Assembly (NCBI GenBank): GCA_965243395.1
Contig: CBDEUS010000002.1
Location: 1,184,001 to 1,248,000, forward strand
Direction of reading: 5' to 3'
From: Gammaproteobacteria bacterium
GTDB lineage: Bacteria > Pseudomonadota > Gammaproteobacteria > UBA4575
Length of the DNA: 64,000 nt
The notes beneath the pieces were generated by a model. The model was not told the origin of the DNA. It saw only the letters and a program-made list of their open reading frames with translations, and searched no databases. Made by a program: the position numbers and the translations under genes. This document shows, piece after piece, positions 27,390-38,300 of the stretch (its first letter is position 1; each line of letters begins with the position of its first letter).

Positions 27390-27929
27390 ATGGCGCGTCT
27401 ACAAGAATATTACAACGATACTGTTCGGGAACAGCTCAAAGAAAAGTTTGGGTTCAAGAACATTATGCAAGTTCCACGTATTGAGAAAATTACACTCAAT
27501 ACCGGAATGGGCGAGGCAGTGCGCGATAAGAAGTTGATTGAGAAAGTGGTTGCAGATATGGAACAAATTTCTGGTCAAAAAGCTGTTGTGACTAAAGCAA
27601 AAAAATCTATTGCTGGGTTTAGTATTCGTGATAACTATCCAATTGGTTGCAAAGTAACATTGCGTAAAACACGTATGTATGAGTTTTTAGATCGCTTAAT
27701 CAATATTGCGATTCCACGCATACGCGATTTTAGGGGTTTAAATGCACGTGCTTTTGATGGGCGAGGTAATTATAGCCTCGGTATAACTGAGCAAATCATT
27801 TTTCCTGAAATTGATTACGACAAAATAGATGCAATACGTGGAATGGATATTGCGATTACAACCAGTGCTAATACAGATGAAGAGGCGAAGGCTTTATTAG
27901 AGGCCTTTAGTTTTCCATTTAGAAAGTAA
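27390..27929 (+). CDS. rplE: 50S ribosomal protein L5
   Basis: [27 protein letters not shown]. Confidence 0.99.
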   Translation: MARLQEYYNDTVREQLKEKFGFKNIMQVPRIEKITLNTGMGEAVRDKKLIEKVVADMEQISGQKAVVTKAKKSIAGFSIRDNYPIGCKVTLRKTRMYEFLDRLINIAIPRIRDFRGLNARAFDGRGNYSLGITEQIIFPEIDYDKIDAIRGMDIAITTSANTDEEAKALLEAFSFPFRK

Positions 27930-27955
27930 ACATTTGATCAGTAGAGACTATAGAT

Positions 27956-28261
27956 ATGGCTAAGCTTTCAATGATTGCGCGCGACACAAAACGAGAAAAA
28001 GTAGTGCGTAGGTATGCAGCGAAACGCGCAGAGTTAAAGGCAATAATTAAAAGCCCAACCGCAAGCTACGAAGAAAAAGAAGCGGCAACATTAAAATTAC
28101 AAAAGTTGCCTAAGAATGCGAGTCCTGTGCGCTTGCGTAATCGTTGTAACTTAACCGGTAGACCTAAAGGCTACTATCGTAAATTTGGTTTAGGTCGCAA
28201 TAAACTTCGTGAAGCAGCGATGCGTGGTGATGTGCCAGGATTAGTAAAAGCAAGCTGGTGA
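27956..28261 (+). CDS. rpsN: 30S ribosomal protein S14 (long, Zn-free type)
   Basis: [23 protein letters not shown]. Confidence 0.99.
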   Translation: MAKLSMIARDTKREKVVRRYAAKRAELKAIIKSPTASYEEKEAATLKLQKLPKNASPVRLRNRCNLTGRPKGYYRKFGLGRNKLREAAMRGDVPGLVKASW

Positions 28262-28283
28262 TAAAGAGTAAGGAATTCGTTAT

Positions 28284-28679
28284 ATGAGTATGAGTGACCC
28301 AATTTCCGATATGTTAACGCGTATTCGTAATGGACAAAGTGCGAATAAAGTCACAGTCGATATTCCAGCTTCAAATGTTAAAAAAGCTATTGCGAATGTG
28401 CTTAAAGAAGAAGGTTTTATTGAAGACTTTGCTATAAATGAAGATGGTGCAAAGTCAACTATTACGGTAACGCTTAAATACTATATGGGTGAACCTGTGA
28501 TCTCCAAGTTAAAGCGTATAAGTCGTCCGGGACTGCGTATATATAAAAGTGTTGACGAATTACCACGTGTTATAGGCGGTATGGGAGTTGCCATTATTTC
28601 TACATCTAATGGTGTTATGAGTGACCGTGCTGCTCGTGCAGCTGGGCACGGTGGTGAAGTGTTGTGTACTGTCGAATAA
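28284..28679 (+). CDS. rpsH: 30S ribosomal protein S8
   Basis: [20 protein letters not shown]. Confidence 0.99.
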   Translation: MSMSDPISDMLTRIRNGQSANKVTVDIPASNVKKAIANVLKEEGFIEDFAINEDGAKSTITVTLKYYMGEPVISKLKRISRPGLRIYKSVDELPRVIGGMGVAIISTSNGVMSDRAARAAGHGGEVLCTVE

Positions 28680-28708
28680 TTTAGAGCAGATATAAAGAGT
28701 TAATAGTT

Positions 28709-29236
28709 ATGTCACGAGTCGCTAGCCAACCAGTTGTTATACCGTCAGGTGTTCATGTAAAGCTTGACGGCCAGCATCTTGCTGTGAAGGGTTCTAAGGG
28801 CGAAATGTCCATGGATATTCATGACGATGTACATGTCGAACATAATGATAATGAAATTAATGTGCAAACCGAAAAATCAAAAAACATTGCAATGGCTGGA
28901 ACTATGCGATCACTGATTAACAACTTGGTTATAGGTGTAAGTGATGGTTTTGAGAAAAAATTAGAACTTGTGGGTGTGGGTTATCGTGCTCAATCAAAAG
29001 GAAAAGTTTTAAATTTAAATTTAGGTTTCTCTCACCCAATTGATTATAACGTCCCCGAGGGTGTGAAAATTGAAACCCCTAGCCAAACAGAAGTGGTTGT
29101 GAGTGGTTTTGATAAACAAAAAGTAGGCCAAGTGGCTGCAGAAATTCGAGCTTTTAGACCACCTGAACCTTATAAAGGTAAAGGCGTGAAATATGCAGAT
29201 GAAAGAATTGTGCGTAAAGAAGCTAAAAAGAAATAA
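28709..29236 (+). CDS. rplF: 50S ribosomal protein L6
   Basis: [19 protein letters not shown]. Confidence 0.99.
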   Translation: MSRVASQPVVIPSGVHVKLDGQHLAVKGSKGEMSMDIHDDVHVEHNDNEINVQTEKSKNIAMAGTMRSLINNLVIGVSDGFEKKLELVGVGYRAQSKGKVLNLNLGFSHPIDYNVPEGVKIETPSQTEVVVSGFDKQKVGQVAAEIRAFRPPEPYKGKGVKYADERIVRKEAKKK

Positions 29237-29248
29237 ATAAGTAAAAGC

Positions 29249-29602
29249 ATGGATAAAACGAAATCAAGATTACGAAGAGCGCGCAAAACTCGCAGCAAAA
29301 TTGCTGAGTTGAATGAGCATCGATTATGTGTACATCGTACCTCTAAACATATTTATGCTCAGGTGATTGCTCCAAGTGGCGATCAAACTTTGGTTGCGGC
29401 TTCATCTGTCGAGCCCGAAGTTCGTGGCGCTATTAAATATAGTGGCAATGTAGATGCTGCGAAAGCAGTTGGTGAAAAAATTGCACAGCGTGCAAAAGAT
29501 AAAGGTATAGAGTCTGTTGCATTTGATCGATCTGGTTTTAGATATCATGGTCGGGTTAAAGCACTCGCTGAGGCTGCGCGCGAAGCAGGCCTTAAATTTT
29601 AA
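29249..29602 (+). CDS. rplR: 50S ribosomal protein L18
   Basis: [23 protein letters not shown]. Confidence 0.99.
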   Translation: MDKTKSRLRRARKTRSKIAELNEHRLCVHRTSKHIYAQVIAPSGDQTLVAASSVEPEVRGAIKYSGNVDAAKAVGEKIAQRAKDKGIESVAFDRSGFRYHGRVKALAEAAREAGLKF

Positions 29603-29636
29603 CTAGAGATTTTAATTTAGAGAACGTAAAGAACTT

Positions 29637-30143
29637 ATGGCTGCAAACGAACCAGCAAGAATATCAGACGGTCTTGAAGAGAGATTGGTTTCAGTTAACC
29701 GTGTGGCCAAAGTTGTTAAAGGTGGTCGCCAGTTTGGCTTTACTGCATTGACAGTAGTTGGCGATGGAAACGGCAAAATTGGTGTCGGATATGGTAAGGC
29801 GCGTGAAGTTCCACTAGCAATTCAAAAAGCGATGGAAAAAGCACGAAAAGAAATGGTCCAAGTACCAATTAATGAAGGGACCTTATATTACCCGGTAGTG
29901 GGTACGCATGGAGCAGCTAAAGTATTCATGCAGCCAGCATCTGTCGGTACGGGAATTATCGCAGGTGGTGCAATGCGAGCGGTGTTTGAAGTAGTAGGCG
30001 TTAAGAATGTTTTATCTAAATGTATCGGTTCAAGAAATCCTATTAATGTTGTTAAGGCAACAATTGATGCATTAAACACTATGCAATCACCCGACTATAT
30101 TGCGGCTAAACGTGGCAAGACAGTAGAAGAAGTACTGTCATAG
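29637..30143 (+). CDS. rpsE: 30S ribosomal protein S5
   Basis: [19 protein letters not shown]. Confidence 0.99.
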   Translation: MAANEPARISDGLEERLVSVNRVAKVVKGGRQFGFTALTVVGDGNGKIGVGYGKAREVPLAIQKAMEKARKEMVQVPINEGTLYYPVVGTHGAAKVFMQPASVGTGIIAGGAMRAVFEVVGVKNVLSKCIGSRNPINVVKATIDALNTMQSPDYIAAKRGKTVEEVLS

Positions 30144-30157
30144 CGAATTTTGTAGAT

Positions 30158-30340
30158 ATGAGTAAACAATTAAAAGTTACGTTGGTGAAAAGTCTAAATG
30201 GTCGCTTGGCGGCACATAAGGCTTGCGCGCACGGGTTAGGTATTCGGCGTATTCACAACCCTGTTACAGTAATCGATACTCCAGAAAATCGAGGCATGAT
30301 CAATAAGATTAGCTACATGCTTAAAGTAGAAGAAGCGTAA
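30158..30340 (+). CDS. rpmD: 50S ribosomal protein L30
   Basis: [19 protein letters not shown]. Confidence 0.98.
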   Translation: MSKQLKVTLVKSLNGRLAAHKACAHGLGIRRIHNPVTVIDTPENRGMINKISYMLKVEEA

Positions 30341-30348
30341 GACAATTT

Positions 30349-30783
30349 ATGAATTTAAACTCACTAAAACCAGCTGAAGGAAGTCGTCCTAGTCGTAAAC
30401 GAGTGGGCCGTGGAATGGGCTCTGGCTCTGGCAAAACCTGTGGTCGTGGTCATAAAGGTCAACGTTCGCGTTCTGGTGGATATCACAAAGTTGGTTTTGA
30501 AGGTGGTCAAATGCCTTTGCAAAGACGTTTGCCAAAAGTTGGTTTTCGTTCTCGTAAAGTTTCGTTGACTGCTGAGGTTCGATTACATGAACTTGAATTA
30601 GTGGATGATGAAGTAATTGATATGGATGCGCTTAAAGACGCAAAGTTAATCCCAGCTGTAACTAAAAAAGTTAAAGTCATTCAATCTGGCAAGATTGAAA
30701 AGGCAGTTAAAACAAAAGGTTTGCATTTTACTGCGGGCGCAAAAAAAGCAGTTGAAGCTGCTGGAGGGACAATAGAAGTATAA
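30349..30783 (+). CDS. rplO: 50S ribosomal protein L15
   Basis: [24 protein letters not shown]. Confidence 0.99.
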   Translation: MNLNSLKPAEGSRPSRKRVGRGMGSGSGKTCGRGHKGQRSRSGGYHKVGFEGGQMPLQRRLPKVGFRSRKVSLTAEVRLHELELVDDEVIDMDALKDAKLIPAVTKKVKVIQSGKIEKAVKTKGLHFTAGAKKAVEAAGGTIEV

Positions 30784-32120
30784 TGTCTCGTGCTGCTGCT
30801 AATGTAGGTTCTCTTGCAGGCTTGGGTCAGGTATCTGAGCTACGTAAGCGTCTTTTATTCGTTTTATTTGCACTAATTGTTTATCGCATTGGTACGTTTA
30901 TTCCTGTGCCAGGTATCGACCCAGGCGCGATGAGCAGATTTTTTGACCAGCAAAGTAGTACGATTTTGGGAATGTTCAATATGTTTTCGGGTGGAGCGTT
31001 GGAACGTTTGAGCATATTTGCCCTAGGAATCATGCCTTACATATCTGCATCTATCATCATGCAATTAATGAGTGCTGTATTGCCATCTCTTAAAGAATTA
31101 AAGAAAGAGGGCGAATCTGGACGTAGAAAAATTACCCAGTACACACGTTATGGAACATTATTTTTAGCTACTTTCCAAGCCATAGGTGTATCTGTTGCAT
31201 TACAAAATCAGCAAATTGCACTATCACCTGGAATTGGTTTTATGTTTACCGCGACTATTTCTTTAGTAACCGGTGCAATCTTTTTAATGTGGTTAGGTGA
31301 GCAAATTACCGAATTCGGAATTGGCAATGGAATATCTATTATTATTTTTGCAGGCATAGTGGCGGGTCTTCCTTCTGCGATCGGTGGCACCTTGGATTTA
31401 GTTTCTCAAGGCGCAATGGGTGAAGGATTTGCACTATTTTTATTTCTCATGGCTATTTTAGTTACTGCATTCGTCATATTTGTTGAACGTGCACAAAGGC
31501 GTATTACCGTCAACTACGCCCGCAGACAACAAGGTAGAAAAATGTATGCAGCTCAGTCTTCGCATTTGCCTTTGAAGCTGAACATGTCAGGTGTAATTCC
31601 GCCTATTTTTGCATCGAGTATAATTTTATTTCCTGCGACTTTATTACAATGGACTAGTAGTGCCGAAGGTAACTTTTCGTTTTTAAACAGTATTGCTACT
31701 GCAATTTCGCCGGGACAACCTTTATATGTGATGTTATATGCACTAGCAATTGTATTTTTCTGTTTCTTTTATACAGCAATCGTTTTTGATTCACGTGAGA
31801 CTGCAGATAATTTAAAGCGTTCAGGAGCCTTTATTCCAGGTATTCGTCCAGGTGATCAAACAGCAAATTATATTGATTCAGTTTTGACTCGCTTAACGGC
31901 TGTGGGTGCTGTCTACATTACACTAGTGTGTTTACTACCAGAATTTCTAATTTTAAAATTTGGTGTACCGTTTTATTTTGGCGGCACATCTTTATTGATT
32001 ATCGTTGTAGTGGTGATGGATTTTATGGCGCAAGTGCAAGCACATTTAATGTCCCATCAGTATGAAGGCTTAATGAAGAAAGCAAATTTGAGAGGATCGG
32101 GACGTAATAGGGCTCGTTAA
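30783..32120 (+). CDS. secY: Preprotein translocase subunit SecY
   Basis: [41 protein letters not shown]. Confidence 0.99.
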   Translation: MSRAAANVGSLAGLGQVSELRKRLLFVLFALIVYRIGTFIPVPGIDPGAMSRFFDQQSSTILGMFNMFSGGALERLSIFALGIMPYISASIIMQLMSAVLPSLKELKKEGESGRRKITQYTRYGTLFLATFQAIGVSVALQNQQIALSPGIGFMFTATISLVTGAIFLMWLGEQITEFGIGNGISIIIFAGIVAGLPSAIGGTLDLVSQGAMGEGFALFLFLMAILVTAFVIFVERAQRRITVNYARRQQGRKMYAAQSSHLPLKLNMSGVIPPIFASSIILFPATLLQWTSSAEGNFSFLNSIATAISPGQPLYVMLYALAIVFFCFFYTAIVFDSRETADNLKRSGAFIPGIRPGDQTANYIDSVLTRLTAVGAVYITLVCLLPEFLILKFGVPFYFGGTSLLIIVVVVMDFMAQVQAHLMSHQYEGLMKKANLRGSGRNRAR

Positions 32121-32146
32121 TAAAGTAAAGAAATAGAGATAGAGTA

Positions 32147-32260
32147 ATGAAAGTACGAGCATCCGTTAAAAAAATGTGTCGCAATTGCAAAGTGATTCGC
32201 CGAAATGGTGTTGTACGCGTGATTTGTAAAGATCCGCGTCACAAGCAGCGACAAGGTTAA
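32147..32260 (+). CDS. rpmJ: 50S ribosomal protein L36 (Zn-binding type); not in the ORF track
   Basis: Hand translation: [37 protein letters not shown], 37 aa. Confidence 0.98.
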   Translation: MKVRASVKKMCRNCKVIRRNGVVRVICKDPRHKQRQG

Positions 32261-32289
32261 ACTAGAATTAGATTAAGGCTTATTTATAA

Positions 32290-32646
32290 ATGGCACGTAT
32301 AGCAGGCATTAATGTACCGGTGCACAAGCATACCGTAATTGCATTGACCTCCATTTATGGTATTGGTCGTGCTCTGTCGAACAAAATTTGTGAGTCGGCA
32401 AATGTAGCACCTGATGCAAAGATAAAAGATCTTAGCGAAGATGAAGTCGGTCGACTACGTACCGAAATTGCAAAATATAGAGTTGAAGGTGATTTGCGTA
32501 GAGAAATCACAGTAAATATTAAAAGATTAATGGACCTTGGCACCTACAGAGGTATCCGGCATCGCCGTGGATTACCGCTTCGTGGACAACGTACACGTAC
32601 AAATGCACGTACACGTAAAGGTCCCCGTAGACCAATTAAGAGATAA
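32290..32646 (+). CDS. rpsM: 30S ribosomal protein S13
   Basis: [20 protein letters not shown]. Confidence 0.99.
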   Translation: MARIAGINVPVHKHTVIALTSIYGIGRALSNKICESANVAPDAKIKDLSEDEVGRLRTEIAKYRVEGDLRREITVNIKRLMDLGTYRGIRHRRGLPLRGQRTRTNARTRKGPRRPIKR

Positions 32647-32665
32647 AGTTTAAAGAATATTTGTT

Positions 32666-33055
32666 ATGGCAAAAACACCAACACGTACACGAAAAAAAGT
32701 AAAACGCGTTGTAACGGATGGCGTTGCACATGTGCACGCTTCATTTAATAACACTATTGTGACAATTACTGATCGTCAAGGTAATGCACTTTCTTGGGCG
32801 ACTTCGGGCGGTTCGGGTTTTCGCGGTTCACGTAAAAGTACGCCTTTTGCAGCACAAGTCGCAGCGGATCGTGCAGGGCAAGCAGCATTAGAATATGGGT
32901 TAAAAAATTTAGAAGTGCGTATTAAAGGTCCGGGACCTGGCCGCGAATCGGCAGTGCGTGCATTGCATGCGGTTGGCTATAAAATTACTAATATAAACGA
33001 CATTACACCCATTCCACATAATGGTTGTCGTCCGCCAAAACGTCGTCGTGTTTAA
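32666..33055 (+). CDS. rpsK: 30S ribosomal protein S11
   Basis: [27 protein letters not shown]. Confidence 0.99.
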   Translation: MAKTPTRTRKKVKRVVTDGVAHVHASFNNTIVTITDRQGNALSWATSGGSGFRGSRKSTPFAAQVAADRAGQAALEYGLKNLEVRIKGPGPGRESAVRALHAVGYKITNINDITPIPHNGCRPPKRRRV

Positions 33056-33069
33056 AGGTTGAAATTATT

Positions 33070-33690
33070 ATGGCACGTTACTTAGGACCAAAATGTAAAT
33101 TAAGCCGTCGTGAAGGTACCGACCTCATGTTGAAAGGTCGCGCCCGACCGCTTGATAGTAAATGTAAGATTGACAAACAACCGGGTCAGCATGGTGATAA
33201 GCGTGGTCGACCCTCCAACTATGGTATGCAACTGCGTGAGAAACAAAAGTTGCGCCGTATTTATGGGGTTTTAGAGCGTCAGTTTAGGAACTATTATAAA
33301 AAAGCCTCACGCATAAAAGGTTCTACTGGTGAAAACTTGTTACAGTTGCTTGAATGTAGATTAGACAACGTTCTTTATCGTATGGGCTTTGGAGTAACCC
33401 GTGCAGAATGTCGTCAACTCATTAGTCATAAAGCAATTATGGTGAATGGAGGTATTGTGAATATTCCTTCTTTTCACGTTTCACCCAGTGATGTGGTTGA
33501 GGTAAGAGAAAAAGCCAAGAAGCAGTTAAGAATTCAGGACGCACTTAATACAGCGGAGCAGTTAGGTTTACCAGATTGGGTTGAGGTGGATATCAAGAAG
33601 ATGCAAGGAACATTTAAATCTGTTCCAGAACGGGGAGATTTACCACCTGATATAAATGAATCACTCGTAGTTGAGTTGTATTCGAAGTAA
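33070..33690 (+). CDS. rpsD: 30S ribosomal protein S4
   Basis: ATG at 33070 gives [16 protein letters not shown]; [14 protein letters not shown]. Confidence 0.98.
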   Translation: MARYLGPKCKLSRREGTDLMLKGRARPLDSKCKIDKQPGQHGDKRGRPSNYGMQLREKQKLRRIYGVLERQFRNYYKKASRIKGSTGENLLQLLECRLDNVLYRMGFGVTRAECRQLISHKAIMVNGGIVNIPSFHVSPSDVVEVREKAKKQLRIQDALNTAEQLGLPDWVEVDIKKMQGTFKSVPERGDLPPDINESLVVELYSK

Positions 33691-33742
33691 TCAGTAAGAT
33701 TAAATTTGCCAATTATATATTTAGTTATAAAGAGGGTTATCA

Positions 33743-34735
33743 ATGGTTGCAACAAGTGAATTATTAAAGCCTAGAGTTGTTGATGTTCAAGTAACTGATG
33801 AATGTCACGCCAAAGTTGTACTAGAGCCGCTTGAGCGTGGCTTTGGTCATACTCTTGGTAATGCATTACGTCGAATTCTGTTGTCATCAATTCAAGGTTG
33901 CGCAGTGGTTGAAGTTCAAATTGATGGCGTGTTGCACGAATACACTGCTATTGAGGGTGTACAAGAAGATGTCGTGGACATCTTATTGAATCTCAAAGGT
34001 GTTGCTGCAGTCATGCATAATAAAAATGAAGCGATGTTAACTTTGCATAAGACAGGTCCAGGTGTTGCCACTGCAGGGGATATCGAAACTGATCATGATG
34101 TAGAGATCATTAACAAAGACCATGTAATTGCGCATTTGACTGAGCAAGGTTCTTTAAGCATGACACTTAAGATTTCAAAAGGTCGTGGATATCAACCGGC
34201 AACGCAACGAAGAAATGAAGATGATCGTGCTATCGGTTCATTATTACTTGATGCAAGCTTTAGCCCGGTTCGCAAGGTTGCTTATTCAGTTGATAGTGCT
34301 CGTGTAGAGCAAAGAACAGACTTAGATAAACTCATCGTTGATTTAGAGACTAATGGTACGGTTGATCCAGAAGAAACTATTCGCAAGGCCGCGGGAATTT
34401 TACAGCAACAATTATCCGTATTTGTTGATTTGCAAGGCGATGAACAGGTTGAACAAGAGAAAACTGAAACAGAAATTGATCCGATTTTGGTTCGTCCTGT
34501 AGACGATTTAGAATTAACCGTGCGTTCTGCAAATTGTTTGAAAGCAGAAAATATTTACTATATCGGTGACCTAATTCAACGCACTGAAGTGGAGTTATTA
34601 AAAACACCTAATTTGGGTAAAAAATCACTTACTGAAATTAAAGATGTATTAGGGACGCACGGATTGTCTTTAGGCATGCGTCTAGAAAACTGGCCTCCGG
34701 CTAACTTGCGTGAAGAACGTAAAGTGATTATTTGA
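33743..34735 (+). CDS. rpoA: RNA polymerase alpha subunit
   Basis: [33 protein letters not shown]. Confidence 0.99.
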   Translation: MVATSELLKPRVVDVQVTDECHAKVVLEPLERGFGHTLGNALRRILLSSIQGCAVVEVQIDGVLHEYTAIEGVQEDVVDILLNLKGVAAVMHNKNEAMLTLHKTGPGVATAGDIETDHDVEIINKDHVIAHLTEQGSLSMTLKISKGRGYQPATQRRNEDDRAIGSLLLDASFSPVRKVAYSVDSARVEQRTDLDKLIVDLETNGTVDPEETIRKAAGILQQQLSVFVDLQGDEQVEQEKTETEIDPILVRPVDDLELTVRSANCLKAENIYYIGDLIQRTEVELLKTPNLGKKSLTEIKDVLGTHGLSLGMRLENWPPANLREERKVII

Positions 34736-34753
34736 TAAAGATAGGAAATTGTT

Positions 34754-35122
34754 GTGAGACATCGAAAATCAGGTCGACATTTAAATCGCAATAGCCCACA
34801 TCGTAAAGCGATGATGAGCAACATGGCGACCTCGTTATTTTCACATGAAATAATACGAACTACTTTGCCAAAGGCAAAGGAGCTGCGACGCTATGCAGAG
34901 CCGCTGATTACTTTAGCGAAAGAAGATAGTGTCGATAAAAGACGTTTAGCCTTTTCACGCTTACGTGATAAAGCTGCGGTTGGAAAATTATTTTCTGAGC
35001 TTGGGCCACGTTATAAAGAGCGACCTGGTGGATATACACGAATACTTAAATGCGGATTTCGTCCGGGTGACAAAGCCCCTATGGCACTGGTTGAACTTGT
35101 AGATCGCCCCCTCGAAGAATAA
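34754..35122 (+). CDS. rplQ: 50S ribosomal protein L17
   Basis: GTG start; [18 protein letters not shown]. Confidence 0.99.
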   Translation: MRHRKSGRHLNRNSPHRKAMMSNMATSLFSHEIIRTTLPKAKELRRYAEPLITLAKEDSVDKRRLAFSRLRDKAAVGKLFSELGPRYKERPGGYTRILKCGFRPGDKAPMALVELVDRPLEE

Positions 35123-35147
35123 AAAACTTTAATTAAATTGTATTAAC

Positions 35148-35172
35148 AAGCCAGGTTAACCCTGGCTTTTTT
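35148..35172 (+). terminator. Rho-independent terminator of the alpha operon
   Basis: AAGCCAGG-TTAAC-CCTGGCTT followed by TTTT. Confidence 0.85.
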
Positions 35173-35205
35173 GTGCTTATTTGATAGTAAAAACACAAAG
35201 TCAAA

Positions 35206-35227
35206 AAATGTGAATATTGTCACAAGT
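35206..35227. promoter_or_regulatory. CRP/Vfr/Clp-type binding site
   Basis: AAA-TGTGA-ATATTG-TCACA-AGT: perfect TGTGA-N6-TCACA core at 35209-35224. Confidence 0.65.
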
Positions 35228-35360
35228 TAGTGTAAACAGCTGTGATCTTTAATAAATTTCAATCAGTTAACAAGCGTATTTAAAAATAACATCCAAAATA
35301 CTTGCTGATTCAACTATTTTATATATGTAGAATTTGACAATAAATGTTTATGAGTTGGAC

Positions 35361-38300
35361 ATGAAATTCTTCACAAAATTTAAGATAGCAATAAATTTAC
35401 TTTTAATCTTTTTATTGTTTTCTGCTAATGCGACATATGCAGCAACTATTATCGTATTAGATAGTGAGCCCGGTGATTTTGTTGGTGCAGGCCAATTAAT
35501 AATACGTGATACCACGGATGGCACATTTACTACGATGCGCGCGAACTCAAGCCATGTGAATATTAGAATGAGTGGGACTGGGACTTTTTGGGGGCTAGAT
35601 TTCGAAGCTATAGAAGGTCAAGAGCTAGTTCCTGGAACATATTTAAATGCTACTAGATATCCGTTTAATCCAACAAATGTAAATGGGCTTTCTGTAAGTG
35701 GTGATGGCCGTGGTTGTAATCAACTCTCAGGTCAATTTACCGTACTTGAAGCAGTTTATAATTCGTCTGATGGGTCTGTCCAAAGTTTTGCAGCAGACTT
35801 TGAGCAGCATTGTGAAAATGCTATACCAGCGTTATTTGGGCAAGTACGTTTTAATAGCAATGTGCCACTATCTATTAATGTAGATTATGACTTGTCAATA
35901 AGTAATCTTGCTAGTAAGGAAAACTATCTTGTCGGTGAAGATATTATTTATACCATTGATGTTTCTAATTTACATACTACAGTCGCGAGAGATGTAACTG
36001 TAACTGATAGTTTACCATCAGGCTTAAATTTTATTTCAGTAACACCAAGTATCGGTAACTGCACAGGTGGTATAAATATAACATGCAGTCTTGGGGACCT
36101 TAATCCAGGCGTAAGTGCAAGTATTAATTTAGTCACTAGAGCACAATCTACTGGTAATTTCTTTAATACGGTATCCGTATCTGCAAGTGGTATTAATTTA
36201 AATGATTCAAATGATAACTTCACAGAAGTAGTAACGGTTAATCCCCTTCCATTAACTGAAAATTTATATCCACTCACAGAAAGAAATCATTGGACTTATT
36301 TGCAAGATGGTGGGTTAAATTATACTGAAACGGTTACGGATGTAGGCGTTACATTTAATGGACAAACTACGGTAAGTGTACTTGACTCAGACGGAGATAC
36401 GACTTACTACTCCAATGATCAGAATGGATTATTAGAACATGGATTCAAAGATAATAGTGGAGATATTGCAACACTGACACCACCTGTAAAAATTTTGAAT
36501 GCTCAACCGCAAATTGGAGACATTATAAATAGTGGTGGAACAGCACAATTTAACTTATCGAGTCAGGGTTTAGGTACATTCGATTTTCTCTACACAGCAA
36601 CCTCTGAAGTTCTTGGTGTTGAACAAGTATCTGTACCATTTGGCAGTCTTATTGCTGTCAAAGTACAACTTACTGCAATGATAAGTGGAAATGTTCAAGG
36701 AATCCCTTTTAATGAATCTAGTATTGACACTATATGGTTTGTTGAAGATGTTGGATATGTAAAGAACATAGTTAATGATCAAGATGATTTCTCAACAACA
36801 ACTTTTGAACTCTTTAGTTTTGAAACTTTACCACCACCCCCTACGATTACATCGCCGACCGATGGCTCCACGTTTACGGGAAGCAGCGTGACCTTCATGT
36901 GGGATGCGATGGGCACGCCGGTGAGTGAATGGTGGATCAACTTAGGCAGCACCTTGGGTGGGCGCGACATTCATGTGAGTGGATCGTTGGGCAGTGCCAC
37001 GAGTGTCACGATTAACAACATCCCTGTGGATGGCAGCACAGTGTATGCACGGTTATGGTATCGCAACGGTGGCGGTGCATGGCAATCACAAGACTTTACC
37101 TATACCGCATTTACCGGACCGCCTCCGCAACTTCCTACGATTACATCGCCGACCGATGGCTCCACGTTTACGGGAAGCAGCGTGACCTTCATGTGGGATG
37201 CGATGGGCACGCCGGTGAGTGAATGGTGGATCAACTTAGGCAGCACCTTGGGTGGGCGCGACATTCATGTGAGTGGATCGTTGGGCAGTGCCACGAGTGT
37301 CACGATTAACAACATCCCTGTGGATGGCAGCACAGTGTATGCACGGTTATGGTATCGCAACGGTGGCGGTTCATGGCAATCACAAGACTTTACCTATACC
37401 GCATTTACCGGACCGCCTCCGCAACTTCCTACGATTACATCGCCGACCGATGGCTCCACGTTTACGGGAAGCAGCGTGACCTTCATGTGGGATGCGATGG
37501 GCACGCCGGTGAGTGAATGGTGGATCAACTTAGGCAGCACCTTGGGTGGGCGCGACATTCATGTGAGTGGATCGTTGGGCAGTGCCACGAGTGTCACGAT
37601 TAACAATATCCCTGTGGATGGCAGCACAGTGTATGCACGGTTATGGTATCGCAACGGTGGCGGTGCATGGCAATCACAAGACTTTACCTATACCGCATTT
37701 ACCGGACCGCCTCCGCAACTTCCTACGATTACATCGCCGACCGATGGCTCCACGTTTACGGGAAGCAGCGTGACCTTCATGTGGGATGCGATGGGCGCGC
37801 CGGTGAGTGAATGGTGGATCAACTTAGGCAGCACCTTGGGTGGGCGCGACATTCATGTGAGTGGATCGTTGGGCAGTGCCACGAGTGTCACGATTAACAA
37901 CATCCCTGTGGATGGCAGCACAGTGTATGCACGGTTATGGTATCGCAACGGTGGCGGTGCATGGCAATCACAAGACTTTACCTATACCGCATTTACCGGA
38001 CCGCCTCCGCAACTTCCTACGATTACATCGCCGACCGATGGCTCCACGTTTACGGGAAGCAGCGTGACCTTCATGTGGGATGCGATGGGCACGCCGGTGA
38101 GTGAATGGTGGATCAACTTAGGCAGCACCTTGGGTGGGCGCGACATTCATGTGAGTGGATCGTTGGGCAGTGCCACGAGTGTCACGATTAACAACATCCC
38201 TGTGGATGGCAGCACAGTGTATGCACGGTTATGGTATCGCAACGGTGGCGGTGCATGGCAATCACAAGACTTTACCTATACCGCATTTACCGGACCGCCT

